Counted from the stretch's first letter, positions 48,379-62,479 are shown. The stretch is DNA of 64,000 nucleotides from Lytechinus pictus (GCF_037042905.1 NC_087250.1:22136001-22200000); one strand, 5' to 3'. A program made the numbers and translations. The notes: generated by a model from the letters alone, not told the origin.

Positions 48379-51300
48379 TTAGTACTCTTCAAGAGATCCA
48401 TTATTTTTTGGGGGGGTTGATAGATTTGTTTCTGTAAGTAGCATGGCTCTCTCTATTATATATTTGGGACACTCGATTAAAAAATGCTCAACTGTTTCTA
48501 ATTTGTTGGGCTTACATGTATCACAAAGTCCCGTGGGGACGGTGGGGTGTATATTAAGTCTTTTTAAATCGTAGTTCAATCCTATTACACCAAAACGGAG
48601 TCTGTGGATAATGGTTTCATGGAATGTACTTAGGGAACAAAAAAAAAGGGAGAGTTAACAGTGGGATGGTATAATTTAAGTAGGCGATGGGATTCATTCC
48701 ATCTTTTTTGCCATTCTAGAGTGTATCTTTTGAAAATGAGATGTTTTATTTCTGTTAAAGATAATTTGTTGTTGACTTCAATTTTTTTCTGCAATGCATT
48801 TTTTGCTTTCGTGTCCGCCATCTCGTTTCCACTAATACCGCAGTGGCTGGGGATCCATTCAAAGTTTATGTCTATGCCTAAAAATGTTAAATTTGTTAGT
48901 AGGGTAAGAATTTCTGAGACAAAAGGTATTTCTTTTTGTTCTGATATTGCTACTAGGGAGCTTGATGAGTCACTAAAGATTACTACTCCTACGTATACAT
49001 CAAGAGTTTCTAACCAGTTGAGGGCTAAGATGATTGCTGCTAATTCAGCTCTATATGATGAAGTATAATCAGTGAGGCGTTTAGACTCGGAGTAATGGAA
49101 AGCTGGAACGAAAAGGAGGCAGCACATGCTCCAGTGACGGGTTCTTGGATCCATCTGTGTAAATATGGAGTTGATTTGACCATTTTGAATTAATAAGATC
49201 GAGGCTCGTTTGTTTTTTATATAAAGGATGGTCATGTTTATTTAGTTCCTTGTTCAGTTCTATTGAAACCTTCGGGTGTTGAAAAAGCCATGGAGGAAAA
49301 GCGTATCTACATGATTCTACAGAGTAGTTTATTTTCTCTGCTCTGATTCCAAAAGGTTTATTATTTTTTTGAGTTTTGGATAAATCGAATTGCCAGCACG
49401 GTTTTATATTAAGCAAAATTGGATGGTCTTCATGTGTTTCAATCTTTGTTCTGAACTTATCTGTGAGTGCTTTTCTTCTCAGGTCGAGGGGCATTTCCCC
49501 GAGTTCAGCCTGCAGGGCTTCTAGTGAGGTAAGAGGGAGCCCTCCAACGCAAATCCTTAATGCTTGATATTGAACTGCATCTAATTTTGCTTTTATTGTT
49601 TGGGATGCACTATCATAAGCCTCGCATCCATAATCCATTAGCGATCTTATTATTGCCCTATAAACAATGAGGAGGGATTTGGAGGAGCTTCCAAATGAAG
49701 TTCCAGTAAGGCTTCTGAGAATGTTAAGTTTCCTTTTACACCTTGTCACTATATCCTCGATATGGGCATGCCATGTAAGTCGGTGATCAAAAGTGACACC
49801 TAAAAACTTTTTAACAGAGTTGAAAGTTAGACGATTTTCTCCTAGTTTTATCTCAGGGCAATTATTTTTTTGGGCTTTTGTAAATAAAACCAGAGCAGTT
49901 TTATCAGAGGAAAGACGGAAACCCCATTTATTAAACCATACGTGTAATTTGTTAAGATATTCTTGAATTTTTTTTGAGGTTACATCTAATTGATTACCAG
50001 ACATCCAAACTGCTATATCATCTGCATAAATGGATGTGGTGACTGGATTGATGATAGGGATGTCCCTCATCATAATATTATATAATATGGGACTAAGTGT
50101 ACTTCCTTGTGGGAGTCCGTTTTGCATTACATATATTTTTGATTCACTCTTTCCAATTGTAACTTGGAATGTTCTATTAGAAAGGTAGTTGTAGAGAAAA
50201 GTTAGCATTTTACCTTTGATACCACACTGCAAAAGTTTGTAAATTAGACCTTTTATCCATAATCTATCGTATGCCTTTTCGACGTCTAAAAATAGAGCCA
50301 AAGTATGTTCTCCATTGTTGATAGCTTTTTGGATAGTGTTTTCCAAATCAACAATACTATCAGTGGTGTTGTGGTTTTTTCGGAAGCCGCTGATTATGGG
50401 AGGCAAAATATTATGTTTTTCAATGTACCATTCAAGTCTTCCTTTAACCATACGTTCAAATATTTTGGAAAAGCATGAAGAAAGAGCTATAGGTCTATAT
50501 GAAGAGACAAGTTTAGGATCTTTCTTTTTCTTAAGAATCGGAACGAGAGTAGAATGTTTCATTTCATGGGGTATATCTCCCGAGTTCCAAATTTTGTTCA
50601 TTATTTTCAACATTACTTTTTTAGGTTTAAGAGGAAGATTTTGATAAACGATATAAGGGATGTTGTCTTTACCTGGGGCTGAATTTTTGCAGGTTTTGAG
50701 AACCTTTTCTAGTTCCAAAATTGTGAAAGATTCATTTATTACATGATCTAAACCTTCAGATTGTGCCTGAGAAATCTCAAATTCAAGGTTGGGTAATTGG
50801 TTTTTTGTTGGAAAGGTAGATGAGCCCATTTCCTGAAAATGAGTACCTAATAATTCTGATTTGTCTGAATCTTTTGTTATTACCTTATCATTTTCAATAA
50901 GTGCCGACATTCTGTTAGATTTCTTGCTACTCAAGCCGTTCATCCGTTTGATTGTTGCCCATAGTTTGCCTTCGTGGACGAAACGGTTGAGTTTTTTGCA
51001 GAATGAATCCCAATATTCCTTTTTCGTTTTACGTAGAATTTTTTGTGCTTCTGCCTTTTTTTCCTGGAAAGAGGCAAGATTTTCTACAGATATATGTCTT
51101 GTTAATTTATTTTTAGCTCTATTCCTCGCTTTTATGCTTTTGGTAAATTCGGGAGTCCACCAAGGTATAGGATTATGCTGTCTTTTTGTGTTAGAAGGAA
51201 CTGTCTTAAGGATAGTATCTGTAAGACTTTTGATGAAAAAAGTATAAAATTCTTGAAAACTTTCAAAATTAATGAATTCATCCATCAATTCTTCACATTT

Positions 51301-52058
51301 CTTTGCGAAATCAGCCCATTTTGTATTTTTGAAAGACCAAAATTTCATATGACTAGAATTTTCTTTTTGAGGTGTGGTGTCTTTAGAGATATCCATAAGA
51401 AGCTCTATCGATATAGGGAAATGATCACTGCCAAAAGAATTGTTGAGGACCTCCCAGGCACATCGGTTCGATAAAGCTGGGGAAGTAAAACTAAGATCCA
51501 AATTGGACATTTTTCCAGAGAGAGGATCGAGTCTTGTTCCTGAAAGATCGTTTAATATAACTAAATGGTGTTTATTAATGAAATCTTCTATGATAAGTCC
51601 GTTATGATCATTTTTTCACTGCCCCAAAGGCTGTTATGGGAATTAAAATCTCCTAGTATGAGAAACCTATCAGTACCACAGGCTACAGTTAGTAATTTAT
51701 TTAAAATATTTTCGTCTAATTTTTGACAAGGATTATAAAAGTTGACTATGCCAATATGTGACTCACCAAAATACACTTTTATATGTTGGATTTCATATTC
51801 TTCATCAAAACGAGGGGTTAAATAGTCGGCCGTGTTGTGGATGTAAAATGCACACCCTCCTCTACTTTGATTTATACGGTTCCTGGGTATACATGTATAA
51901 TTGGGAATGTTAAAAATATGATCTTCCCCAAACCAAGTTTCTTGTATGCAAATAATGTGATAGAATAAGTTGTGAGGGTTACTTAGGTATCTTATAAGTT
52001 CACTGCCATGGCAGTGTAGGCCCTGTGCGTTCCACTGCAATATTGCTAGGGACGCCAT
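48379..52058 (-). pseudogene. LINE ORF2 (endonuclease, reverse transcriptase, RNase H, C-terminal Cys/His motif), frameshifted
   Basis: ILQWNAQG, CIQET, GDFNSH, SDHFP; YRPIAL, GLPQGS, YADD; IYTDGS, AELAAI, WIPSHCGISGNEMAD; CDTC...ETVEHFLIEC; frame breaks near ~51600, ~49120 and ~48640. Confidence 0.92.
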
Positions 52059-52071
52059 GATAAGAAAAAAA

Positions 52072-53427
52072 CTAGCTACCTCCTTCTGCCTGTGGGGTAG
52101 GGGTAGATCCACTTCTAAGCAATCGTCCAGTTACCGATTCGACCAGAGCTAAAACTTCTTTCTTTGTTTTTCCTTCCACAAAAATGAATATAAGATAAGT
52201 AATAAAATTTATAATCTGTTCATTGTGTGCTGTTGTTAAAAAGTTACTTTTCGTTTGAGGCTCGTATCTATGTTCTTCTTTTCTTGTTTGTTCATAATTA
52301 AAATCCATTGGAACTTCTGTTTGTGGTGCCGTCTTTTTTGGGAGGGGTTCTTTTGGACGGACCACCGGAGGGGCGGATTTAGTTTGAGCTACAAGGGGAT
52401 CAATTTGGTGCTTGTTGGTTGAGTCTACATTATGAGGCGTGGTCAAGTTATTGTCTGCTGTTTTTTCTTCGTTAGCGAGCATTTTTGCGGCGTTAGCATA
52501 GGTTGTGTTCTTTGTTACTTTTATGTGCTGTATTTTCTGTGCCTTTTTAGCCACGGCACATCCATCGTATGCTGCAGAATGTCTGCCCCCGCAATTGATA
52601 CATTTCCTATCTTCTTTCTTTTGACATTCCTCAAAGGTATGTGCTTCTCCGCACCTAACACAACGTATCTTTGCTCTGCATTGAGCTATGCCGTGGCCAA
52701 ACCGTTGACATTTGAAGCATCTTGAAGCACGGGGTACAAAGATCTTAACTGGGAAAATTTGAAAACACAAGTTTACTTGTTCGGGGAGATTTGTTTTATT
52801 GAATGTAAGAATTACACTTTTGAGGGGCACTTCTTCGATGGGACCATTTTCATTTTGTTTTGTTTTCTTATTAATTCTCTTTGCAAAAGAAACTCCCTGG
52901 GTCTTAAGCTCCTGCTTGATTTCCTCTTCTGAGATAGCTGTAGAGACCCCATAAATAACACCCTTCATTCCGGTTCTCTTTTCTTCTATTTTTACTGGGA
53001 TGTTGCCAGTTTGGGTTATTTGTTGAAGAGCGGTCATTTGCTTTTGGTTTTTGCACTTGACAATAATGCTGTGAGGGAGAGAGATAATATTGTCAATTGG
53101 ATTGGGACAAGTGCGTTTAATTGCTCTTGCTATTTCTATGGGATTTACGTTATTGAAATTCTTGTTTTTTTCTATTGGGCTAATATACAGAGTAAAATTG
53201 GCCCTTGTGTTTGTGGATGGGGTGCTGTGTATCGTAAAAGTTGTGTTGCTTGTACTATCTGACGAAGAGTCCGCCCTGGGCGTGATATTTTCCACGTCCA
53301 AGCTTCCTTCACGTCTTCGTTTGCCGCGAAATTTAATTTTAGGTGATCGTGCGTACGTGACAGTCCGGAATTCATCGTCAGTGGTATCTTGCAATGGCGG
53401 TCCCGTTTTCGCGTGACCCTCTGTCAT
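52072..53427 (-). CDS. LINE ORF1, gag-like nucleic-acid-binding protein
   Basis: Intact ORF from the first ATG; KGVIYGV motif and three zinc knuckles CFKCQRFGHGIAQC, CVRCGEAHTFEEC, CINCGGRHSAAYDGC. Confidence 0.9.
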   Translation of the reverse strand: MTEGHAKTGPPLQDTTDDEFRTVTYARSPKIKFRGKRRREGSLDVENITPRADSSSDSTSNTTFTIHSTPSTNTRANFTLYISPIEKNKNFNNVNPIEIARAIKRTCPNPIDNIISLPHSIIVKCKNQKQMTALQQITQTGNIPVKIEEKRTGMKGVIYGVSTAISEEEIKQELKTQGVSFAKRINKKTKQNENGPIEEVPLKSVILTFNKTNLPEQVNLCFQIFPVKIFVPRASRCFKCQRFGHGIAQCRAKIRCVRCGEAHTFEECQKKEDRKCINCGGRHSAAYDGCAVAKKAQKIQHIKVTKNTTYANAAKMLANEEKTADNNLTTPHNVDSTNKHQIDPLVAQTKSAPPVVRPKEPLPKKTAPQTEVPMDFNYEQTRKEEHRYEPQTKSNFLTTAHNEQIINFITYLIFIFVEGKTKKEVLALVESVTGRLLRSGSTPTPQAEGGS

Positions 53428-55159
53428 GATTGGTCCGCCGCTACAGGGCGGGGTTTTTGAAAACACGTGTTAACCTATGCGTTAGTGTGTGCGGAATGGA
53501 AATTAGTTAAAGGCCAACAAATCCTGCTTACCTTTGCTTTCTCTTTGCAGAAGAAATCCAAATATTGGTCCTAAAAGATCCGTAAAAGATGCGGCTTGAT
53601 GAAAATTAACAATTCTGATAAAGAAAACCCAAAAAAAAGGGAGGAAAGAAAGAGCTCCGCGAGAACCCTTCCTCTTCCGCGCGCGTGGCTAGTCTGCAGT
53701 CTGCAGTCTGCTATAAAAATATAGCGTAGTCTTTCATCCAGACCAAGATCTTTTAAATAACAAATGATGAATAATAATAATAAATAAATAATAATAGAAA
53801 AACAAACAAAGACCCTGCAATCTTATCAACATTGAATAGCATGGAAATATGGTGTAGTCTTTGCTCCAGACCCAGTTATTTCAAAATCGGAAATTATAAG
53901 AAACAATAAAAACAAACCAACAACATCAACAAAGACCCCACAATATCATTGATGTAGAATAACGTTGTTGTTGTTATCTTGGGTTTTAATGCGCGTATCG
54001 TTCAGATATGAATATTTACACCTATGATTAATTTGTCGTTTTTGTGGTATGCGTTATCACATGGTTTTTATAGTTTGGAAGATGCTGGGGTCTAAGTTTT
54101 AAGATTACTGTTTCGCTTAATTTGTACTTTTAAGAGAACTGGGTGTGGGGTAAAGACAACACTCTAAACCCAAGCATTTTAACTGGGTTTAATTGTGAAG
54201 ATTGGTCTTAGCTTAGATTTTTTTTCAATAAATTGTTTATCTTTTAAATAACCGGGTCTAGACGAAAGACTAAGCATAATACTCGTGTTATTCCACAGGA
54301 ATAAGAATATGACAAAGTCATGTTTTTAAGATTGTTTAAATTATCATGAAGACTGGGTCTGGAATTCTTGAAATAACTGTGTCTGGAGGAAAGTCTACGA
54401 TCGATATTCATGTTATTCCACAGTAATTAGACTATTGGGTATTCGTTTTAGAATATATGTAAAACTATTTTAATGTTTTCAAATAATAACCAAGTCTGGA
54501 GAAAGGATGTTTGCTTTACCAATGCATTATTACGATGTTTTGTAGGGGTCTTAGTATTATATAAAAAAAAATGGGTGTGGGGTAAAGGCGTATTTTTTTA
54601 CTGGGTGTAACTTTTGAAGATTGGTCTTAGATTTGAAGTTTTTTTTTATTAATTTTTTTTAAATAACCGGGTCTGGAGGAAAGAGTACGTTTTAAAACTC
54701 GTGTTATTCCACAAGAATAATATGATTTGATTTGATTTATTTTTTCTTCTGCATTTATATATTTATAACATTCGTATACAATACAATTTGTATTACGTAA
54801 CAAACATAATTTATCGGTAATTGATTTAGGTATGAATCACAAAGAAAAGAAAATAAAAAATAGAAAAGTCATTCTAAACAAATATGATCTACAATTAACA
54901 AAGACAATTTTAACATTTACAGTTTGCTGGAGGATTGTCATAAGAATATGATAGAGTTTTACGTTTAATAGAAGATTTTGTTTCGTAAATTTTTTAATGA
55001 TTAGGTCTGGAATAAAGACAACGCTCTAAACCTCTTTTTAAAACAAGTTCTTTGGTTGAAGGATTCTTTGGTCTTAGATTTGGGTTTTTTTATTATAACT
55101 ATTAGCGTTATTTAAAAAAAAATAACTGGGTCTGGCTGACAGACTACGCTATATGTCCA

Positions 55160-55254
55160 AAGAGAAGGGGGAAAAAAGCTGTGAAAATGAACAAAAGCTG
55201 TGGCAAAAATAGTCATCCTGACTGGTTGCAAACCAAGGAAAGAAGAAGAAGAAG
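55160..55254 (+). mobile_element. 3'-end stub of the same I-group LINE family
   Basis: AACAAAAGCTGTGGCAAAAATAGTCATCCTGACTGGTTGCAAACCAAGGAAA(GAA)n. Confidence 0.85.
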
Positions 55255-55891
55255 TGATCCAGCATTAATAAGCTCGATTTTCATTTTTATTCCACTGGAA
55301 TATCATTATGGTATCTTAGTTTGGACTTATATTATAATTTTTGAAATAACCGGGTCTGGAAAAAAGACTTTGGACTTATACTATAATTTTTTAATTAATC
55401 GGGTCTGGAAAAAAGACTGCACTTTTGTGCTATATGAACGCATAACCAGAGGGATTTAGTTTTTAGTTTTAAGTAATCGGGTCTGGAGAAAAGACTAAGC
55501 TTGATTCTCAATTTACACTTAGCGCATATATTCACAATATGCGCCGTATTTAAACAACAACAAATACATTTATTCCACCAGTTTTAATTAACTCGGTCTG
55601 GAGAAAAGACTAAGCTCGATTCTCATTTTTATTCCACTGGAATATCATTATCGTATCTTAGTTTGGACTTATATTATACACTTTAAAATAACCGGGTCTG
55701 GAAAAAAGACTTTGGGCTTATATTATGATTTTTGAAACAACCGGGTCTGGAAAAAAGACTTTGGACCTATATCATAAATTTGAAAAAATCGGGTCTGGAA
55801 AAAAGACTTTGGACTTATATTATAATTTTTGAATTATCCGGGTCTGGAAAAAAGACTTTGCACTTTTGTGCTATATGAACGCATTACTATA

Positions 55892-58800
55892 TAGTCCAGG
55901 AAAAATAAGGTTTGACCTCAAACAAATTGCAACAGAATTTTTTTCACCACAATGCATTTCCACGAAGTCCCCAAAATGACATACTAAAAGTCCAGAAAAA
56001 TCCAAGTGGTGGAAAGACGTCTAATTTGCATAAATCCAAAATGGCGGCCATCGTGAGAACTTTTCATAATTATTATCAGTAGTACAAACACTCATCTGCT
56101 CATAGCACTTTTAAAAATTATAATTTAAGCATTAAAAGTTCTCCAGTGTTATATCTTACCATAGGCTTCATTTTAAAATTATGATGGAAGTCAGATTTGA
56201 CCTCTGCTGACCTCTAGAGGCCAATGACCTTTAGGTCAATGACCTCAACATATCAGAAAATTGATGTTTTGCATCATTAGTTCATGATAAATATGGTTAT
56301 AATGCTAAAAAATATTCAATATTGATTTCAGGGTATCCTGATATTCTAGAATGAAGTTTGTGTATTATAAGTTTTGACCTCTGACCCCGGAGCACTGGCA
56401 AAGGTCAATGACCTTAACATATTGACACTTAGCATCAGTGGTTTATGAGAAATAGGCCTCTTGTGTAAAATTGCAATACAATTTATTTCAGTATGAAAAT
56501 ATTGTAATGCATTTCCATGAAGTCTAAAAAATGACATACTAAAAGTCCATGTCGTGGAAAGACGTCTAATTTGCATAAATCCAAAATGGAGGCCATCATG
56601 AGTATATTTCATATCTATTAATAGTAGTACGTATAGTGATCTGATCATAGTTCTTTCAAAAATTATTATTAAAGCATTAAACTTTCACCAACTGGTATTA
56701 TATCTCACCATGTATGCTTAATTCCAAAATTGGGATGCAAGTCAGATTTGACCTATGCTGACCTCTAGAGGTTACTGACCTTAAGTTCAATAACCTCAAA
56801 ATATCAGAAAATTGATGTTTTGCATCATTAGCTCATGATAAAAATGGTTTTAATGCAAACAAAATCATTCAATATTGACTTTCAAAGTAACCTGATATTC
56901 TATAAAGAATTTGATGGTTTATAAGATTTGAACTTTGACCCTGCAGAGCTAGAAAAGGTCAATGTCCTTAATATATTGGAGTATGGACGCTTAGTGCTCA
57001 TTGTTTTATGATAGGCTTAAATAGGCCTCTCTGTACAAAAAAATTGCAATACTACTTATTTCAACACAATGCATATCCATGAAGTCTCTAAAATGACATA
57101 CACGTACCAAAAGTCCAGGAAAAACCCAAGTGGTGGAAAGGCGTCTAATTTGCATATATCCAAACAGATACAAAATGATTAATCGTAGTAGTACAAACAC
57201 TGGTCTAATTATAACACTAAAATTATGATTAAGGCAATTAACTTTCACCAGTGGTATATTTCATCATAGGTTTCATTTAAAAATTCATTTCATATGAAAG
57301 TCAGATTTGACGTCTGCTGGACTCTGGAGGCAATGACCCAAATGATCATTGACGTCGAAATATCATAAAAATTGATGTTTTGCATCATAAGTTCGTTATA
57401 AACATTGTTAGTTTGTGAGAATAGTTAGTCTTAACTTGTAAGGTCCTTTGATTTTCATGAGAAAATAGGTGAGTATTAAAAGTTGTGACCTTTAACCTTG
57501 AGGGCTTCAAAGGTCACTGGATTTAAAATATGAAACTTAACTAGTTTACTAACCAGCTTCTGCTGAATAGAGCTACTTGAGCATCTCACCCTGAACAAAA
57601 GATCGTCCCATTATAGAACAGCATCCTTTTCCTAACCAGGCTGGTTTTTAACTTGGGAAATAATATACAGGCTAGGTTCTCAACCAGACTCAGTTAACTA
57701 ACTAACGGGTGTAGAACATTTTCTTGAATTAACAACTGCATCTGACACTGGTCTACTCATATAATGGTACAACACATTGAAGACATTCATCTGACCAAAC
57801 TCATCAAACTTCTACTAGAAAACAAACATCTCTTTATGGTGCTCAACAGGAAGACCAGCTGTGAAGAATTGAAAAGAAATGACTCTTTCAAGGTAGTGTT
57901 CTCGCTCGAGTCCCATGTTCTTCAAACCCAACCAAACCAATGTTAGCTTGTTTCATCCCCGCAATCCTCATGCTTGGAGGAAACTCAAAACAACCTATGG
58001 TTGGAATTGTAGGGCCTACATGTAAATGATGGGCAAAAAAATAACTTTTAAATAATCAGAATAATTAAGAGAGTGTTACTGAGTATGGCAGGTTTTGACC
58101 CTTGACATCGGAGGGCCTTCAGAGGTCAATGACCTCAAATTGTGATAATGTTGGTACTTAGCATCATTGGTTCATAAGAAATTATACAAATGATATAAAA
58201 ATGATACAGTTTTTTTTTTCAACAGATCATTTGGGTAAAGATCGCAGACCTCAGCATTTGACTGCTGAGAAAAGTGAAAGGTCAAATATCTCAAAATATC
58301 ATATCAACCAGTGATGCCGAGTACCAATATTTTTACATTATTTTTAAGGACAATTATCTTTAGAGGTCCTCAAATTTTAAAACTAAAAGCCTGTAGCAAT
58401 TATCTCTGGAATTTTCAGGCACATAAGCGTTGATATGACAAATATTTTAACATGCTAATCAAGAACTATCGATGCAAAACATCAATATTCTGATATTTTA
58501 AAGTCGTTGACCTTGAGGCCATTGACCCGTAGAGGTTAGCAAAGGTCAAATTTGACTTATACGCTAATTCTAAAAGGAAGTTTATGACAGGATATAACCA
58601 CAGAGCTACTGAGGCTTTTATTTTTAAAAGGGTTATGATAAGACCAGTGTTTATACTATACCTGGAATGGGATAATCATGTAAAATTGTAATGATGACAG
58701 CCATTTTTGGATTTAGGCAAATTGGCATCTTTCCACCTTTTGGATTTTACTGGACTTCAAGTATATCATCTTGGAAACTTGTATCGCAATATTTTTAAAT

Positions 58801-60632
58801 GAAAGTCTTGTATATCACTAATCAGTCAGTGTCAATATTCTAAAACTTATAGCTCATTGACCTTTGTCATCTCTCCAGACAGTGTCAGAGGTCAGAACTT
58901 CCAATTCACAAAATTCTCTCTAGAATATCAGGATCGATAAATTGAAAGTCAATAAAACATATTTATTTTTCATTTTATCATTGTTTTATGAAATATTGAT
59001 GCCTTATGCAAAACATCAATTGTCTGATATTTCAAAGTCATTGAATTATGATCAGACCAGTGTTGCAATGGAACGGCTAATATAGTAATCATGAACAATT
59101 CTAACGACGGCCTCCATTTTTTTATTTATGTAAATTAGATGTCTTTCCACTACATTGATTTTTCTGGACTTTTAGTATGTCATTTTGCAGACTTCATGAA
59201 AATGCATTGTGCTGAAATAAATTGTATTGTAATTTTTACACGAGAGGCCCGTTTATCATATACTACTGAAGCTAAGTATCAATATTCTAACATGTTAAGG
59301 TTATTGACCTTTGCCAGTGCTCCGGGGTCAAAGGTCAGAAGTTATAGTACACAAAATTCTTTCTAGTATACCTTGAAAATCAATATCGAATAATTATGTT
59401 TGCTTTATAACTATTATAATATTCATCATGAACTAAAAAATGTGAAACATCAATTTTCTGATATTTTGAGGTCGTTGACCTTAAGGTCATTGACCTCTAG
59501 AGGTCAGCAGAGGTTAAATCTGATTTTAATATGAAGCCTATGGTAAGATATAACACTGATGACCGTTAAATGCTTAAATCGTAATTTTTTAAAAGTGCTA
59601 TGATCATACCAGTGTTTGTACTAATCATGAAATATTTTCATAATGGCCGCCATTTTGAATGTATGCAAATTAGACGTTTTTCCACTACGTGGATTTTTCT
59701 GGACTTGTAGTGTGTCATCTTGGGGACTTCAGGGAAATGCATTGCGGTGAAAAATTTTTGTTGCAATTTGTTTGCAGTTCACCCCCCCCCCCCCAAATCA
59801 GTTATTTTTCCTGGACTATAAAGCTAAAACAATTTTTACAAATTTGAAATGAAATGGGGTTGCGTTTATTTTGATACACACCGTACAACATGATATAGCC
59901 AGGGGCGTGACTTCGACAGCCCCCCCCCCCCCGCACGAGAGGGCTAGGCCTTGATGTGCCAGGACTTTTTATGTAGCTAACAGAGAAACAGCTAATCTTA
60001 TCTCTCCAAGTGGTTAAAAAGGAGTATATAAATACATACAAGTTGTAACTATACACTATACATTATACATATAGTCTTCGAAAATGCATACAAAAGCGAC
60101 ATTTGTGAAATTTGAGTAGTCAACTTTGATACCTTGTAAATTTATTAAAAAGAAAGAGACCAAGTTAGAATTTCATACACATGCTAATAGTATATCAATA
60201 AAGTTTTCTGGAACATTTCAAGGTAATTGCTTTATTTTTCTTAGATTTATGTAAAATCATGTATTTCCAAAATTTTCAATTTTTGGTAAAAATGACAAAA
60301 AATTTAGTTTTCCACTGAAAATATCATCCAAATGACCTATTTATCCCCTATTAATAGTACCAAATTGTAGGAAATTTAATTTTCTTTCATATGACACCAA
60401 TTTTGTGGCAATTAGATGTTCATGTCAAAATCTATGTACAAAATATCAAATTTTGTGAAAATTTGGCGGCCATTTTGGATTTATGCAAATTAGGCGACTT
60501 TCCACCGCTGGGATTTTTCTGGACTTTTAGTATGTCATTTTGGGGACTTCAGGGAAATGCATTGTGGTGAAAAAAATTCTGTTGCAATTTGTTTGAGGTT
60601 GACCCCCCAAATCGGCTATTTTTCCTGGACTA
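55892..60632. mobile_element. Academ-like non-autonomous DNA transposon
   Basis: TAGTCCAGGAAAAATA ... TATTTTTCCTGGACTA; 3-bp TSD ATA; long inverted arms of ~550-bp subrepeats; a second right end at ~59818. Confidence 0.8.
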
Positions 60633-62479
60633 ATAGGATTTTAGTTTAGAACGGATTTGCCAAAAATCCCTTCAAATTTATTACATTTGTGGGTAAAGTC
60701 ATTATTACATTTGTGGGCGATCAAAAATTATTACATTTGTGGGTAAAGTGCATTATTACATTTGTGGGTAAAATTATTACATTTGTGGGTAAAGTGTTAT
60801 TACATTTGTGGGCGTTATTACATTTGTGGGTAAAGTGTATTACATTTGTGGGTGTTATTACATTTGTGGGTGCAACACACCCCCGTCTGATTCTCTTAGA
60901 CAGTAGCTCTTAAATACTCGAATTTCAAAGGAGTTTGAAATAATCTAATGATTTAGACTTGGGTAGCTTCATAAGCATGTCTTTATTAATAAAAAAAATA
61001 TTTATTAAATGGGTTGAAATGGCTAAGGCAACAATCAATTTCTTTATATCAAAATTTGATTAAAAGAGAGACCACATTCCGTAGTCAGACGTTATGAGTA
61101 TTCTTTGCCGAAAACATAATGTGATTCTAAATTTGTGAGATATTCATTTTGAGTTACATAATGGTGACACACATCATGTGCGAAAGCAAAATGTTGGCAG
61201 GAGTCCATGTAAACAAAACCTGTTCGGATTATCAGCAATTACCACAGACTATAACAATCTTATCTATTTCGTTTAAAATAATGATGAAAATGAAACGAGG
61301 AAAGTTTATAATTCCCCTATTCTATACATATATTTTACTTCTTTATTTCTTTTATAATGAATTTTTTCACGAGTAATTTTTACAATGACATTGCCATTTC
61401 AAGGATATACACTGCATGAGTAATAAGGCAATTGCGTATTTTGGGGAAAATCGTGTATGTTTCCCTAATTTTATAATACATACAAAAATAAATTGTTCGT
61501 ATATTTAATTTGATGCACATTATTTTGAAATAACGCAAACGCAACGGTATAAATATTGGAGAAATGTGTAACATGAATTAAACAGGTACACATAAATGTA
61601 TAATTCATGTTGTATGTTTTGTAACCATACTTATCCTGTGATACCGAGTTCATGTATTAAACAGAAATGCAGTAGTGACATTAAAAAAAACAGAACCAAA
61701 GGAACGCTATTTCCTATATTTAGTGTAAATGACCGATCTATCACAGTAATAGTGACAACACTGTCTCGGTTACGGAAGTTATTTATGGAAAACAGAGAAA
61801 AAAAACTTCGTGGTAATGCATTATTTCAATTCCATCAACAGTTCCAGCATTCAGTTTCCGGCCAAGTCTTATCCAAATTTTCGACGCAAGTTTCGCGTCC
61901 TCGTTAGGGATACAAAACTCACCATGAATAATACTTGGAAATTAACATTTGAAATACTTGAAAATAAACTTTTTTGGAACTGAATGCATTACCACTAAAA
62001 GATGCACTCTTTGAATCTGTTTTCTATAATAATAATTATTATAATAATAATAACAGTAATGCCCAATGTAGCATTTCAGTTCCGAAAACTGTTCTCCCCC
62101 AGCGGCCCTGCTACTACTATTACCCCGGCTGAGCTAGTCTACCAATTCAGGTGCACTCAGCTTTTTGAGGAATTACTTCCTGCCGGTATCTATCCATGCA
62201 TCTGTATCCAACACGCGGAATGCAATATCGCCATGCCTCAACTAAATGGAAGTTATTTATGTATATATACAAATAACAATAATGCATCATAATATACATG
62301 TTATGTTTCATTATAGGTATACAATATACAAGATTTTAGCTTATGTTTAAAAAGAAAAGAGCTGACAGACTGCCTGAGAGAATTGTCTAGAGAGTTCCAA
62401 TATTTCCTGTATGTTGGTCCAGTATAAAACTGAGTTAATTCTTCGCCGAGATCTGCTGATACATGGTATAAAGCAGCCT

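Larger units (their letters stand above)
47322..53712 (-). mobile_element. Near-full-length I-group (Nimb-like) LINE
   Basis: 5' UTR, gag-like ORF1, APE-RT-RNase H ORF2, A-rich 3' UTR, (GAA)n tail; flanks TAAAAATAGC / TAAAAATATAGC resemble a TSD. Confidence 0.92.
45855..60877. mobile_element. Foldback-like DNA transposon with TGT..ACA termini (Ginger-like), expanded to 15 kb by nested insertions
   Basis: TGTTACACCCACAAATGTAATAA ... TTATTACATTTGTGGGTGCAACA; 5-bp TSD CACCC; mirrored CCCACAAATGTAAT and AGTCTTTTCCAGACCCGGTTA subrepeats; no integrase ORF. Confidence 0.85.
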
